Notes: generated by a model from the sequence alone, not told the origin. A stretch of DNA of 64,000 bases from Promethearchaeati archaeon SRVP18_Atabeyarchaeia-1 (GCA_037308085.1 CP147779.1:2720001-2784000); one strand, 5' to 3'. Numbered from the stretch's first letter, positions 23,298 through 32,885 are shown. Numbers and translations are program-made.

Positions 23298-23518
23298 TCG
23301 TTCCTCTTCGAAATTGTCCTTGAGCTTCTCCTTTTCTCCTTCGTATCGACCGAGTCTTTCCTGCATATGCCTCTGCTTGCGCAGAAGTCGCAGTCATACA
23401 CCAACTCGCATATCTGGCAATTAATATGTTCAAAGCAAGGCTCGGGGAGAGTGCGTTCATTTAAACTTCCCGGGAACTCCTTTCCTAAAAGCTTCGCGCA
23501 TACAAAGTTCTCGCACAT
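23294..23518 (-). CDS. Possible small Cys-rich metal-binding protein (start uncertain)
   Basis: Regular C-x5-C-x2-C-x5-C-x2-C-x5-C array followed by a basic tail; stop overlaps the GT4 stop. Confidence 0.35.
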   Translation of the reverse strand: MCENFVCAKLLGKEFPGSLNERTLPEPCFEHINCQICELVYDCDFCASRGICRKDSVDTKEKRRSSRTISKRND

Positions 23519-23771
23519 TTGAATCCCCACATTACAAAATGGAGACCCCTGCATCTTAAATGCATCTCAAATGTGGCATGCCAGGCAATATGCGCCACAT
23601 ATTGCCCGTTGAGCTATCTCTTTCCCAAGGATTAGCGCTCTGAGGAAGCCATGATTCAGAAATACCCTTCAGAGTTAGATTAATGAGCCGTCGCAGGCTA
23701 CCGAATACACAGTGTTTCAAGTGCAGCAAATATTCCATGGATCATGAACCTCAGGAAAGCGAGGCCTAGAT

Positions 23772-24479
23772 ATGCGCGAGAAGGTCGTACAGATCAAGGA
23801 TAGGCATGAAGTTGTCTACTCTGATGAGGACTGGATTCTGCTCAAGAAGATCCGACAGGAAGCCTCCAACCTGATGAGGATACTCGGGCTGAACGGCATC
23901 CCGTCAACTGTGCACGGAAGTGTCGCGCGCGGAGATGTCTCTCCAACAAGCGATATCGACATATTCATTCCAATGCAGGTCTCCTCCTTCAAGGTAGAGC
24001 TAGCGCTGCGATCTTCTAATATTGACTTCATTTCTCGAAGAATAGAGCTGGCCACGCCTCAGCACGCGATAAAGGCGCATATTGATACCGATGTGAATCG
24101 CACGATAACGTTTCCGCTAGTGAATCCCAAGCGACGCGAGTGGGAGTTCTATAGGTTTGGTGGGGTAATCGAGCTCCACGAACTTATGAAGGACAAGAGG
24201 GTCCTGGGCGTCGACAAGAGGCTACTTCTAATTGAGCCAGAGCCTAATGGGCACTATGAGAGCTCCATAATTGGCAGAGAGAGATCTGTGGCTAAGCTAC
24301 TCAGCGTAAGCCTAGATCTTGTCGAGGAGCGTGTAAGGGTGCTAAGGAGGAGAGACTCAATAGGAAGAACTGGTGTGTACCTCAGGCGAGATCTGTCTCC
24401 TGATGAGAGTTTTGAAGAGGTTCTGAAGAAGATTAGTGAAAAGGATCCAATAATCAGAAGAAGACTACTCGAAGGTTAA
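23772..24479 (+). CDS. Archaeal minimal nucleotidyltransferase (Pol-beta superfamily, COG2413-like)
   Basis: HGSVARGDV...SDID, ATP.H..K, EFYRFGG, RV.GVDKRL, RRD.IGRTG. Confidence 0.88.
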   Translation: MREKVVQIKDRHEVVYSDEDWILLKKIRQEASNLMRILGLNGIPSTVHGSVARGDVSPTSDIDIFIPMQVSSFKVELALRSSNIDFISRRIELATPQHAIKAHIDTDVNRTITFPLVNPKRREWEFYRFGGVIELHELMKDKRVLGVDKRLLLIEPEPNGHYESSIIGRERSVAKLLSVSLDLVEERVRVLRRRDSIGRTGVYLRRDLSPDESFEEVLKKISEKDPIIRRRLLEG

Positions 24480-24687
24480 GGCTGGGTTGCGATTCTATTT
24501 ATCCCCTGGAATTCATATCAACTCGAGATAACAAGGCTTAAGTATTGTGTGACAGCAATAGATATCGCTGTAAGGTTATCTGCTGAAGAACCATGCATAA
24601 AGCAAAGCTACCTCAATATTACCAACCAGAAAGCAAATTGGTTCTGGCAAAGCTGGAAATCTGGATGTACTCATCGGAGAGTAATCC

Positions 24688-27111
24688 TTGATGACAGATC
24701 TAACGTTACTTTACGTTTTCGGTCCCGCCGTACTGATATCATTGTTCTTCTTGCTCTGGATCCGATCTCGGATCTATAAAGGAATTGCAAGAACGCTCCT
24801 GTTGGTAGTTTGGGTCAATGCATTCATGGTTTTGCTGTGGCTGGTCACAAGCGGTGAGCTAGCTTGGTCCGGAAGCGCGCAGGGAGTTAATGAAGGAATC
24901 CTCCTGGCGCAACTATCATTATCAGCATTTCAATCCGGTGCCTACGTACTTGAGCAGCTACTGCTCTGGGGCTTCGTCGCCTTCTTTGCCGTAATCATTG
25001 GATCAATATATCTTCTAATAACATGCATGCGCAAGAAGGGCGGCTCCCTCGCAGAAAAAATGAGCCAAGTAAGCTTCAAGGGATCGGTCCAAAACCCGTT
25101 AACTAGTGGCTTTGACATCATGGGTCTTCAGAGCTACCTGATCATTGGACTTGCGACAATGCCTTCGATGATCTCAATCCTGATGGGCATGGACATAGCC
25201 CAGGCAAATGGCAGTCTCTCCCTTTTCTCCTACAGCGTTGTGTACTACGTTCTTCTCTTCTACAGATTCTCACTAATGGCGTATACTAGGATTGCGAAGA
25301 GAGCTGATCTCCACTACGGGAAGGAGGATCTTGGACAGAAGTACCAGCAGAGGATATTCGGACGGTTCACAGTGCTAAACCTGCTGCTATCAGTAGTTCT
25401 CCTGGGGTATTCCGTAATCACCGCCCCAGGTGCACTCGGTTATCTTGCAGGCGATCTCGTTGTTGAGCTGAGATCACTACTAGTCGCCATCTTGGTCTTG
25501 CCCTTTGTTGAAGGATTTGCCACGTTCTTCTTCATGCGGTTCTGGCATTTCTGGTCCAAGCTTGGAACTAGAGTGCGTAGCATCAAGTGGAAGTCAGCAC
25601 TATACTCGTTGACACGGGGGATCTTAGTCGGCGGTGCGTGTTTCGTTCTCTTTTATTCAATTCTATCCTTTGTGACGGCCGCAACAACCTTCTTCAACGG
25701 GCTCAGTAGCACCCCAGTCTTCAACAACCAGATCGGAGCCGTGGACATATACAGCTTCATACAGGGCTTAGGATCAACCCTTGGAACACGCTATGACGTC
25801 CTCGTCTTACCAGCATTGTGGGGACTGATAGGCGTTTTCCTATTTCAATTCATCAAGGTCCTTATCGGCGGATCCCTAACTCACCGAAAGGACACTGCGC
25901 CAGAGTACAGCATAGTTGTCGCTGGGATTACGATAGCAGTACTCATCTGGGTGATTATGCCTGCCACGAACTTCCTGCTGGGTGCCTTTCCTGCCAGTCT
26001 CACGACGGATGGCCAGACCTGGTCAACGCTAACAATGGCATTCGTTCCACAACCCTTGCAGCAAGAATTCTTCACAATCTACTACGTCGTGCCAGCGCCT
26101 TCCGTCTTGCTCTATGCGGTATTCTTGGATTTCCCAATCTGGATTTTTGGATCCCTGCTGCTAACGTATTTCTTCGTGTTCCGAAGACCACTAGTCCCCC
26201 AGAAGAAAGAAGAGGTTGACGTCTTCATATCGTCAGACTTCTTCAAGCTTTTCATATCCTTCTGTGCGGTCGCGGTTGCTTCAGTCGCCTCTCTCATGGC
26301 GATAAGTTCAGTGACGCCTTTCGGAGATGCGGTGCATGCGCTTCTGAGCAAGCTCTGGTTCCCGAATGCTAGAGACCTCTGGCTCTTCCAGACGGTCGGA
26401 TCATCCTGGATCTTCTTCCATAATGTGATCCGATTTCTGCTCACTGTATTTACGCCGCTAGTACTCTGGATCAGTTTGACGGGTATCTGGAAGTGGTTAC
26501 GGAATGAGAAAGTCGAGGGTAAGCCCTGGTATCTCTTGGCGATTGCCCTGTTTGTGCTTGAGGGCGTCTTCTTCGTTGACAGATTCACGTACATTGCGGT
26601 CATAGCGATTCCTCTGGTCTTTGCAGCTATCTACCGTGGATTCTACCGCCTAGTGAAAAGGACTTCACCTAAGACAAGGTTCAGGACAACTTTTCTGAAG
26701 ATATCATTCTACTCGTTGATTCTCTGCGAGATCTACTCTACTGCGATAGCTTTTGCTGACAGGTACATGTTTCCTATTCCCCCCGCAACCCAAAGCTTTG
26801 CTGCCGGAGGCAACCTGGGACTACTGTTCTACCTATTGATCCTCGTACCCCATGGTCTGATTGAAATACCTGCTATCATGCTTGCTGGGATGATCGGACT
26901 CTACATTGCGCGGCGGATGACACCTGTGATCGACGCAGACGAGAAAAAACTAGGGAAGTTCATGACCGAAGGGAAGAACCTTCTCTTCTCCAAGAAGATC
27001 TGGTACCCCATATTGTTTGTGACAATATTCTTCGCTGTCGCCGCAGTCATTGAAATCTACGTATCTTATGGTCCAATGGAGCAGCTGGCAAATATGTTCG
27101 GATTCGCGTAA
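24688..27111 (+). CDS. Large polytopic membrane protein with C-terminal SpoIIM-like domain
   Basis: Many TM segments; LVPHGLIEIPA and AAVIE..V(S/T) SpoIIM signatures at the C-terminus. Confidence 0.8.
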   Translation: MMTDLTLLYVFGPAVLISLFFLLWIRSRIYKGIARTLLLVVWVNAFMVLLWLVTSGELAWSGSAQGVNEGILLAQLSLSAFQSGAYVLEQLLLWGFVAFFAVIIGSIYLLITCMRKKGGSLAEKMSQVSFKGSVQNPLTSGFDIMGLQSYLIIGLATMPSMISILMGMDIAQANGSLSLFSYSVVYYVLLFYRFSLMAYTRIAKRADLHYGKEDLGQKYQQRIFGRFTVLNLLLSVVLLGYSVITAPGALGYLAGDLVVELRSLLVAILVLPFVEGFATFFFMRFWHFWSKLGTRVRSIKWKSALYSLTRGILVGGACFVLFYSILSFVTAATTFFNGLSSTPVFNNQIGAVDIYSFIQGLGSTLGTRYDVLVLPALWGLIGVFLFQFIKVLIGGSLTHRKDTAPEYSIVVAGITIAVLIWVIMPATNFLLGAFPASLTTDGQTWSTLTMAFVPQPLQQEFFTIYYVVPAPSVLLYAVFLDFPIWIFGSLLLTYFFVFRRPLVPQKKEEVDVFISSDFFKLFISFCAVAVASVASLMAISSVTPFGDAVHALLSKLWFPNARDLWLFQTVGSSWIFFHNVIRFLLTVFTPLVLWISLTGIWKWLRNEKVEGKPWYLLAIALFVLEGVFFVDRFTYIAVIAIPLVFAAIYRGFYRLVKRTSPKTRFRTTFLKISFYSLILCEIYSTAIAFADRYMFPIPPATQSFAAGGNLGLLFYLLILVPHGLIEIPAIMLAGMIGLYIARRMTPVIDADEKKLGKFMTEGKNLLFSKKIWYPILFVTIFFAVAAVIEIYVSYGPMEQLANMFGFA

Positions 27112-27122
27112 AACACCAACAC

Positions 27123-27137
27123 CTTTCTCTTTTTTTG
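27123..27137 (+). terminator. Oligo-pyrimidine/T-tract archaeal terminator
   Basis: CTTTCTCTTTTTTTG shortly after the stop at 27111. Confidence 0.5.
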
Positions 27138-27296
27138 CTTTCTCAGGCACCCATACATAATAGCGCGAGCGAAATCAGTGGACGACAGAAAGAGGTAAAG
27201 CTATTAATGTGTCCATTGTCGGAATCTCATGTTATCTCGGGCTACGACGCCGTCTTTGTGCTATTGTGATTATACTCTGAAGAACTGTTTGCCCGG

Positions 27297-27316
27297 AAGT
27301 GTTACGCATAACACTT
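27297..27316. promoter_or_regulatory. Perfect 8-4-8 inverted repeat (AAGTGTTA-cgca-TAACACTT), candidate transcription-factor site
   Basis: Palindrome abuts the TATA-like TTATTTAA upstream of ORF 27434. Confidence 0.5.
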
Positions 27317-27433
27317 ATTTAACGGCAGAGTTCATTATATTCTGGTGCAACAGCCGTTAATCTAATCCTGCAATCTTCGCAATGAACTTGGCGCGTATGA
27401 AAAAACAACCGCAACTAAGGGGATGATGGATAA

Positions 27434-27769
27434 ATGATAAGCACGGTGACGACTGAATCTTGGGAGCAATTCTTCGCTGTGGAACTTGACAGGCTAAGAA
27501 GATTCTATTCCATAGAACTGGGGAAGCAGGATTACAATGAGATCGAAGAATGGCTAAAAGATCGACTTGGGCTGCGCTCAGGCGCCATGATTTCTGAACA
27601 GCTTAGGACTCTGCCGGAGTGCGACGTTCGACAGCTAAGGTATGAATTCATTCAGCTTGTGAAGAGAAACAGAAGATTCAGGAAGCCCACGGCACACGGC
27701 AGAACGTTGCCTGAGGGAACAGCAGATGCGCTTGGCGAGAGAGAAGAACGAGATAGCAGAACTGAATGA
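27434..27769 (+). CDS. Hypothetical helical protein
   Basis: ATG start with purine-rich upstream region, own promoter-like region, plausible composition; no recognised motif. Confidence 0.6.
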   Translation: MISTVTTESWEQFFAVELDRLRRFYSIELGKQDYNEIEEWLKDRLGLRSGAMISEQLRTLPECDVRQLRYEFIQLVKRNRRFRKPTAHGRTLPEGTADALGEREERDSRTE

Positions 27770-27840
27770 AAAAGCGAAAACAAGGTAGACAAGAAGCAAT
27801 CCTGTCCAGCTTGTCCTTCTATTTTCTATGTGCCCTGAGT

Positions 27841-28992
27841 CTATTTTGACCAGAGCTTCGGTATCATCTCAAGTATCCTAGATCTAAGGAGGGGTATTCC
27901 TCGCTCAGCTCTGGCATGAGCCACAGGTTCACAGAATTGCACCTCGGTAGCCCCTGTGTCCGTGAATATCGGTTGAAACTTCCAGAGTTTTATCTTCTTT
28001 GCATTCTTGGACATCATGTTTGGCAATAGGTGGAAGGATAGAGCGGCGTACTGTTTTCCAAACCACGAAAGCTCCGTCTCCATCCTGCAGGTCCATAGAA
28101 GCGCTCCTTCCTTACCCCAGATTGACGGAGGACCATTGACTGGAGGAGTCTTCAGCGGTATCTCTATCGATTCGCCTGGATCAATTTTCCCGCTCTCTTT
28201 GAGTATGAAGCCGGCAGAGAAGACTCTATCGCCGATCGAGGGGCTTGCGTTCCAGCATTCTACGACTCCCCTGAAGCCGTTCACTTTGCCGGGTTTGGGG
28301 GTGGGGTTCCAGACCTTCAGCAACAAGTCAAGCCCTTCGCCTTGCTTGGCGTATCTTGAGGGGGCCTTGAGTTCTCCTACCTGAGTAAACTTCGCGACAA
28401 CAGATTCCCCAGTCGACACCTCTGCTGGAGCATAACTGATGGTAATCGGTTTGGACACACGTTCATACGAGGAGTCTTTGCCCAACGAGAAGCTATAAAC
28501 GAAACCATTGCCTAACTGGGAAGCTTCAATCAGCTTAGCTTTGTCATCTTCCGCGAGCCCCATGTCCTCCCGGACGCTCTCAGGCATCTTCTCCATCAGC
28601 CAGGCCATCTCGCCAGATTCTCTGACGGGTTTTGAGAACACTGCGAAAATGTTCCATCCCCATGAGAGATCCACTCGCCCCTGTTTTCCCTTGGAGGCGA
28701 ATGACGGCGGATAGGCAACGAGTTGCTCAGGATCTTTCGGTGTCTGGAATACAATGTCGAAATAGCTCTTCTTAGCCAGTGGCTTGTTTTCAACCAGGGT
28801 GGCCCCCCAGTCATAGATGATGCGTTGTTGAACCTGCTTCTTACCATTCGCCAATACTGTGCTGTTCTCGACGCAAACTAAAGAGACTCTTAGATGCCCA
28901 GACTTCTTGAGGTCAGTGTCGACGGCGACTCTGCACCTTATGGGCTCACCCATATTGTAGTCATCCTTTTCAGTGAAGATCTTAATGCCCAA
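27841..28992 (-). CDS. Arrestin-fold protein (tandem Arrestin_N and Arrestin_C-like domains; Vps26/alpha-arrestin/SpoOM-like)
   Basis: N-domain: Y.MGEPI...V, LRVSLVCVE, FDIVFQTP, YPPSF, W...A. C-domain: Y...GEGLDLLLKVWN, IDPGESIEIPLKTP, PPSIWG, LLW. Confidence 0.7.
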   Translation of the reverse strand: MGIKIFTEKDDYNMGEPIRCRVAVDTDLKKSGHLRVSLVCVENSTVLANGKKQVQQRIIYDWGATLVENKPLAKKSYFDIVFQTPKDPEQLVAYPPSFASKGKQGRVDLSWGWNIFAVFSKPVRESGEMAWLMEKMPESVREDMGLAEDDKAKLIEASQLGNGFVYSFSLGKDSSYERVSKPITISYAPAEVSTGESVVAKFTQVGELKAPSRYAKQGEGLDLLLKVWNPTPKPGKVNGFRGVVECWNASPSIGDRVFSAGFILKESGKIDPGESIEIPLKTPPVNGPPSIWGKEGALLWTCRMETELSWFGKQYAALSFHLLPNMMSKNAKKIKLWKFQPIFTDTGATEVQFCEPVAHARAERGIPLLRSRILEMIPKLWSK

Positions 28993-29115
28993 ATTTCAAC
29001 AACTCCTGCGGACTCCGCAAAATCATGTCACAGGGGCGGAGACTTTGGCTCCAATGAAGCAGAGGCGTATCATGTCTATTAATAAGTTATGCCTTTATGG
29101 CGGGTCTGCTCGATA

Positions 29116-29517
29116 TCACTTGAGAAGTTCGAGAATATCTGAAGGGATCTCAACTGCGCGAAAGCCTTCGTCAACGGCGACCACCTTGACTCTACCGTTA
29201 GCCGACACCCTGCCAGTAGTCTTGTTGAAGACCGAAAAAGCGTAGGTTATACTACTCTTTCCTACGGCGGCGATGTTCAATTCTACTTCAAGTAGATCAT
29301 CGAACTTGGCAGGGGATGAATACTGGCAGTATGCCTCCACTCGAGGCAGACTGAATCTCTTGCTTTGCGAGGCCCTTGTCAAGTCTAGCTTGAGGACGTC
29401 CCGTAGCAGTTTCTGTTCAGCAATCTCGAAGTACACGAAGAAGTTCGTGAAATGTACAATGCCTGCGGAGTCGGTTTCTCTCCACCTTACTCTAATTTCC
29501 TCTTTGATTGGTTTCAA
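29116..29517 (-). CDS. Acyl-CoA thioesterase (YbgC/4HBT hot-dog family)
   Basis: RVRWRETDSAGIVHFTNF...E, YSSPAKFDD. Confidence 0.92.
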   Translation of the reverse strand: MKPIKEEIRVRWRETDSAGIVHFTNFFVYFEIAEQKLLRDVLKLDLTRASQSKRFSLPRVEAYCQYSSPAKFDDLLEVELNIAAVGKSSITYAFSVFNKTTGRVSANGRVKVVAVDEGFRAVEIPSDILELLK

Positions 29518-29799
29518 GAGACTTCACCAGTCCGATTGTGATGAGCGGAATCCAATTTGACGAGAAAACCGCGTCTGCATTTCTGAGAATGAGATCTCTT
29601 CACTGTTGCGGAGTTACTGCGATCTCCACAATGGAGCGGTGTAGATTTAAAAAGCTTTATGAACATAGGAATAGAATTAACTATTTAGGTAGCAAACGAT
29701 CCTTTGACGGACGTATCTGCGTTCGTCCCGTTCGAGGGATGCTGGAATCCAGAGTCTCTTGCTCTTTGGCGACGATAAAAGTGGAGGAGTCAGATAGAG

Positions 29800-30399
29800 T
29801 TGCAAGTGTTCAAAGTGATAGCTGTCGGTGATGGCTCAGTCGGCAAAACCAGCATCACAATAAGGTTCTGTGAAGGGAAGTTCTCACAGGAGTACTTGAT
29901 GACCATTGGAGCCAACTTCGGAGTCAAGCAACAGACCATCTCGTTCGGAGAAGATGCAAAGGACATCAAACTCCAGATCTGGGATACTGGAGGGCAAGAG
30001 AGGTTCAGCGCGATCCGGGAACTCTACTACAAAGGTGCTCTCGGCGCGCTCGTAGTCTTCGACGTTACAAATCGGGAGAGTTTTGAGCACGTCCCCACGT
30101 GGTTTTCCGAGGTCCGCAGGAACATCACGAACATACCGATCACGCTCATCGGCAATAAGATAGACTTGCCCAGCAGGGCCGTGACGTTAGAGGAAGGAGT
30201 AGCGATGTCAAAAAGGATGGCTACTCCATACAGGGAAACTTCTGCAAAGACCGGTGAGAGAGTGTACGAAGTCTTTTCAGAACTGTCTTACAGGATTCTG
30301 TTGTCCCTCTACGGTCCTCCAATAGTAAACGGAGAGACTATAATAGGGATACCCAAGGAGCTTCAAAGGCACTCCGCTTCGGTTGAGTCTGAAAAGTGA
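29800..30399 (+). CDS. Rab/Ras-like small GTPase
   Basis: G1 GDGSVGKTS, G2 TIG, G3 WDTGGQE, G4 NKID, G5 TSAK. Confidence 0.95.
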   Translation: MQVFKVIAVGDGSVGKTSITIRFCEGKFSQEYLMTIGANFGVKQQTISFGEDAKDIKLQIWDTGGQERFSAIRELYYKGALGALVVFDVTNRESFEHVPTWFSEVRRNITNIPITLIGNKIDLPSRAVTLEEGVAMSKRMATPYRETSAKTGERVYEVFSELSYRILLSLYGPPIVNGETIIGIPKELQRHSASVESEK

Positions 30400-30483
30400 T
30401 GTTTTTGACGATAGATCTTGATCTGACCGCCAATGCCCTTCTTCCTTTGCCTTCTTGCTGAGCAGAACTGCTGTCTCCTCAGC

Positions 30484-31581
30484 TCATTGGCGGGACTCGG
30501 ATTCGTTCAGGATTCGGCTTATTGCATCCAAGGGGCTTTCCATATCTCGCGTGAGCTCTTTCGCATTCACCCGGTATTTGTCCGGTTCGCGTAGTACAGC
30601 CAGAGCATGGCTTGTGACTTCATCCATATTCCTCGAGTAGAAAATTGGAAATCCTTTTGCTGTCAAGTACTTCTCGACATCCATCTCCATTGGGAAATGA
30701 GATATGCTTGGAATTCCAAGAAGGGCGGATTCCCAGGTCATGGTCCCTCCGCCACTGACAGTCAGTGTTGAGTAAGCGAGTAGGCTCGGTCCATCTATCG
30801 CATGGCGTGGCACGACCACTTTTCCGTGGAACTCCTTTGTGATGGCTGCGCGCTGATCATCATACCGTGGCATCACAACAATTTGTGCGTTACGAAACTC
30901 TTTGAGAATCCTTTTCACTAGGGTAGCTGCCTGGAAGTTCTGGGCGCTGATGCCTTTGAACTCTCTCAGATATGCTGCCTTTGCCTCTTCTGGTCTTATG
31001 ATCACTATTGGTTCTGAGGCAGATAGCCCGAGCGTCTCAAGGACAGAAGAGTCTGGCCTTAGGTTAGGTATCCACGCTACTTCGTCGACGCCATCATATT
31101 GCACAATCCCATCTCTGCCCGCTCCCAAGGCTATCAGTTTCACAGGATCTATGCAAGCTGGTGAGATAACGTACTTGGAGAATGGGAAAGTGAGTTTGCA
31201 GACAGCAGTTGAGTGTGGCGTATCATTGAGACACATGGCTTTTATTCCCAGACCAAAGGCCACACGCGCAGCTTCTGGCGAACTAAAGTGCATTGAATAG
31301 TCGATCTCTCCCGCCATGGGAGAAACGTAGTCGATCAACTTCAGTATTCTCTCTGTGCTTGCCCTGAGCTTGCCCTCTAGTGTTTCCCCCCCATACTTAC
31401 CTGCAACGTAGTGAGGGATCCCCTTCAATTTCAATAGATCAACAACAACATCATGGATTCTAGTAGTGACAATTGCTTTGTGCCCTTTTGCCTCGAGACC
31501 CTTTTTTATGCTTTCGAATAGCCAAACCTGTTTTGGGGTCATTATGTCAAGCCAAAATGTCATCATGCCGCTGAGACACAC
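30484..31581 (-). CDS. DUF354 family GT-B-fold protein (start likely ATG near 31566)
   Basis: WLDIMTPKQ, SPEAARVAFGLG, NDTPH, RPEE..A.Y, GGGTM..E.ALLG.P. Confidence 0.88.
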   Translation of the reverse strand: MCLSGMMTFWLDIMTPKQVWLFESIKKGLEAKGHKAIVTTRIHDVVVDLLKLKGIPHYVAGKYGGETLEGKLRASTERILKLIDYVSPMAGEIDYSMHFSSPEAARVAFGLGIKAMCLNDTPHSTAVCKLTFPFSKYVISPACIDPVKLIALGAGRDGIVQYDGVDEVAWIPNLRPDSSVLETLGLSASEPIVIIRPEEAKAAYLREFKGISAQNFQAATLVKRILKEFRNAQIVVMPRYDDQRAAITKEFHGKVVVPRHAIDGPSLLAYSTLTVSGGGTMTWESALLGIPSISHFPMEMDVEKYLTAKGFPIFYSRNMDEVTSHALAVLREPDKYRVNAKELTRDMESPLDAISRILNESESRQ

Positions 31582-31696
31582 CCACCCAGGTGTTCGGTGA
31601 TCAATGTTGATAACTAGTTGATAGGGATATCTCTATTAAAGCAATTGGATGCCGGTGACCGCAGAAATGAGTCTTCGGCTTGCTTACCATCGTTCT

Positions 31697-31833
31697 GTTC
31701 ACCCTTTTGGTGACAGCTTTGAGTTGGGGACAAGCTGGTTTCAGGTATGCGTGGAGTTAAGGCTGCTAGGTTGAGCTATCCCCTGTCTCCCGAATTACTC
31801 AAGCCCTTAGACTAGTACAACAAGAGGGTGAAC
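31697..31833 (+). ncRNA. Candidate structured RNA (long imperfect hairpin)
   Basis: GTTCACCCTTTTG pairs with CAAGAGGGTGAAC; TTGAGT/ACTCAA and GGGGACA/TGTCTCC nested inside; mismatches are G.U on the + strand. Confidence 0.35.
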
Positions 31834-32055
31834 GATTGCGCAGCATGAGCAGAGGTTCAGGAAGAAAGATGCACTTTCCATTCTGCGATAGTCTCGTGGC
31901 AGAAGTGAGAATACAACATTGGGTATTTCTGGCGCAGGGGTTGGGGTCAGCCTGAAGCGTAGGCGGCAAGTGAAGTGACGAAGGGAGCCTCGAAAAAGCG
32001 ATCCTTCGAGCAGATGCTCCTCAATTGAATTGCTGCCGGAAGAGTAAACAGGACC

Positions 32056-32571
32056 TTATCCATATCTGTCCACTAGCAGTCGCACTATGTTATCGAACAG
32101 TTTGCGGACGTTCTCTCCGGTTTTGGCTGAGGCTTCGAGAAAACTGGCTCCGATCTCTTTGGCCAATTTCTCACCTTCGTCTCTGCTTATGTTCCTGTTT
32201 GGCAAGTCAATCTTGTTACCAACCAAAATAAGGGGAATCGATGATGTTGAGCTTACAAGATCCTTAAGCCAGGCTCTCGTATTTGTAAGGCTCTTCTTTA
32301 CAGTTATGTCGTACACCAGTACGGCCAGCGACGTACCCCCATAGTACTTGTCCCTGACCTGACTAAACATCTCTTGTCCGGCGATGTCCCAGATCAGAAG
32401 CGTGAGGATTTTGCCTTCGTGACTGTACTCTCTTGCCACAACGTTGGCGCCCAATGTGGGGAGATAGTCGGACTTGAACTGAGATGTAGCATAGCGCGAG
32501 ACTAGACTGGTTTTTCCAACACCTTCGTCCCCGATGAAGATGATCTTGAAAACTGATGATTTGCTGCTAAT
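32056..32571 (-). CDS. Rab/Ras-like small GTPase (171 aa, probable ATT start)
   Basis: The frame extends upstream of the track ORF to give FKIIFIGDEGVGKTS (G1), then PTLG, WDIAGQE, NKID, ASAK. In-frame TGA at 32586-32584; no ATG/GTG/TTG before G1. Confidence 0.9.
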   Translation of the reverse strand: MSSKSSVFKIIFIGDEGVGKTSLVSRYATSQFKSDYLPTLGANVVAREYSHEGKILTLLIWDIAGQEMFSQVRDKYYGGTSLAVLVYDITVKKSLTNTRAWLKDLVSSTSSIPLILVGNKIDLPNRNISRDEGEKLAKEIGASFLEASAKTGENVRKLFDNIVRLLVDRYG

Positions 32572-32885
32572 TGTCCCACACCCTCATTCGGGAGGTTAGG
32601 AAATCTGGATATTTCCTCCTTCTGTTAGCGGAACCTCCACTCGCCCAGTCTTCGCACATCAATTTATAGCTTGCTAGCACTACATCAATATAATGGATTT
32701 GGCTCTTCTCTTTTTGAATCTTACCGATCCATATTGTAGCCCGACATAACTGTGCTGCGATATCCGCAACATTTCAGCTAATTATGGCATATCTCTGCAT
32801 GGTCATTTGTTATCTCGTAAAGTTCGCCAATCAGCTCATGAAGAAATGCTAACTATATTGCGAAGATGATAGGTGGAAGGAAATA

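Noticed and set aside
31984-32020. Hairpin GGAGC-CTCGAA...TTCGAG-GCTCC as a SECIS element
   Set aside because: It lacks the AUGA/GA kink-turn core and there is no Sec-candidate gene nearby; more likely a 3' stabilising or terminator hairpin.
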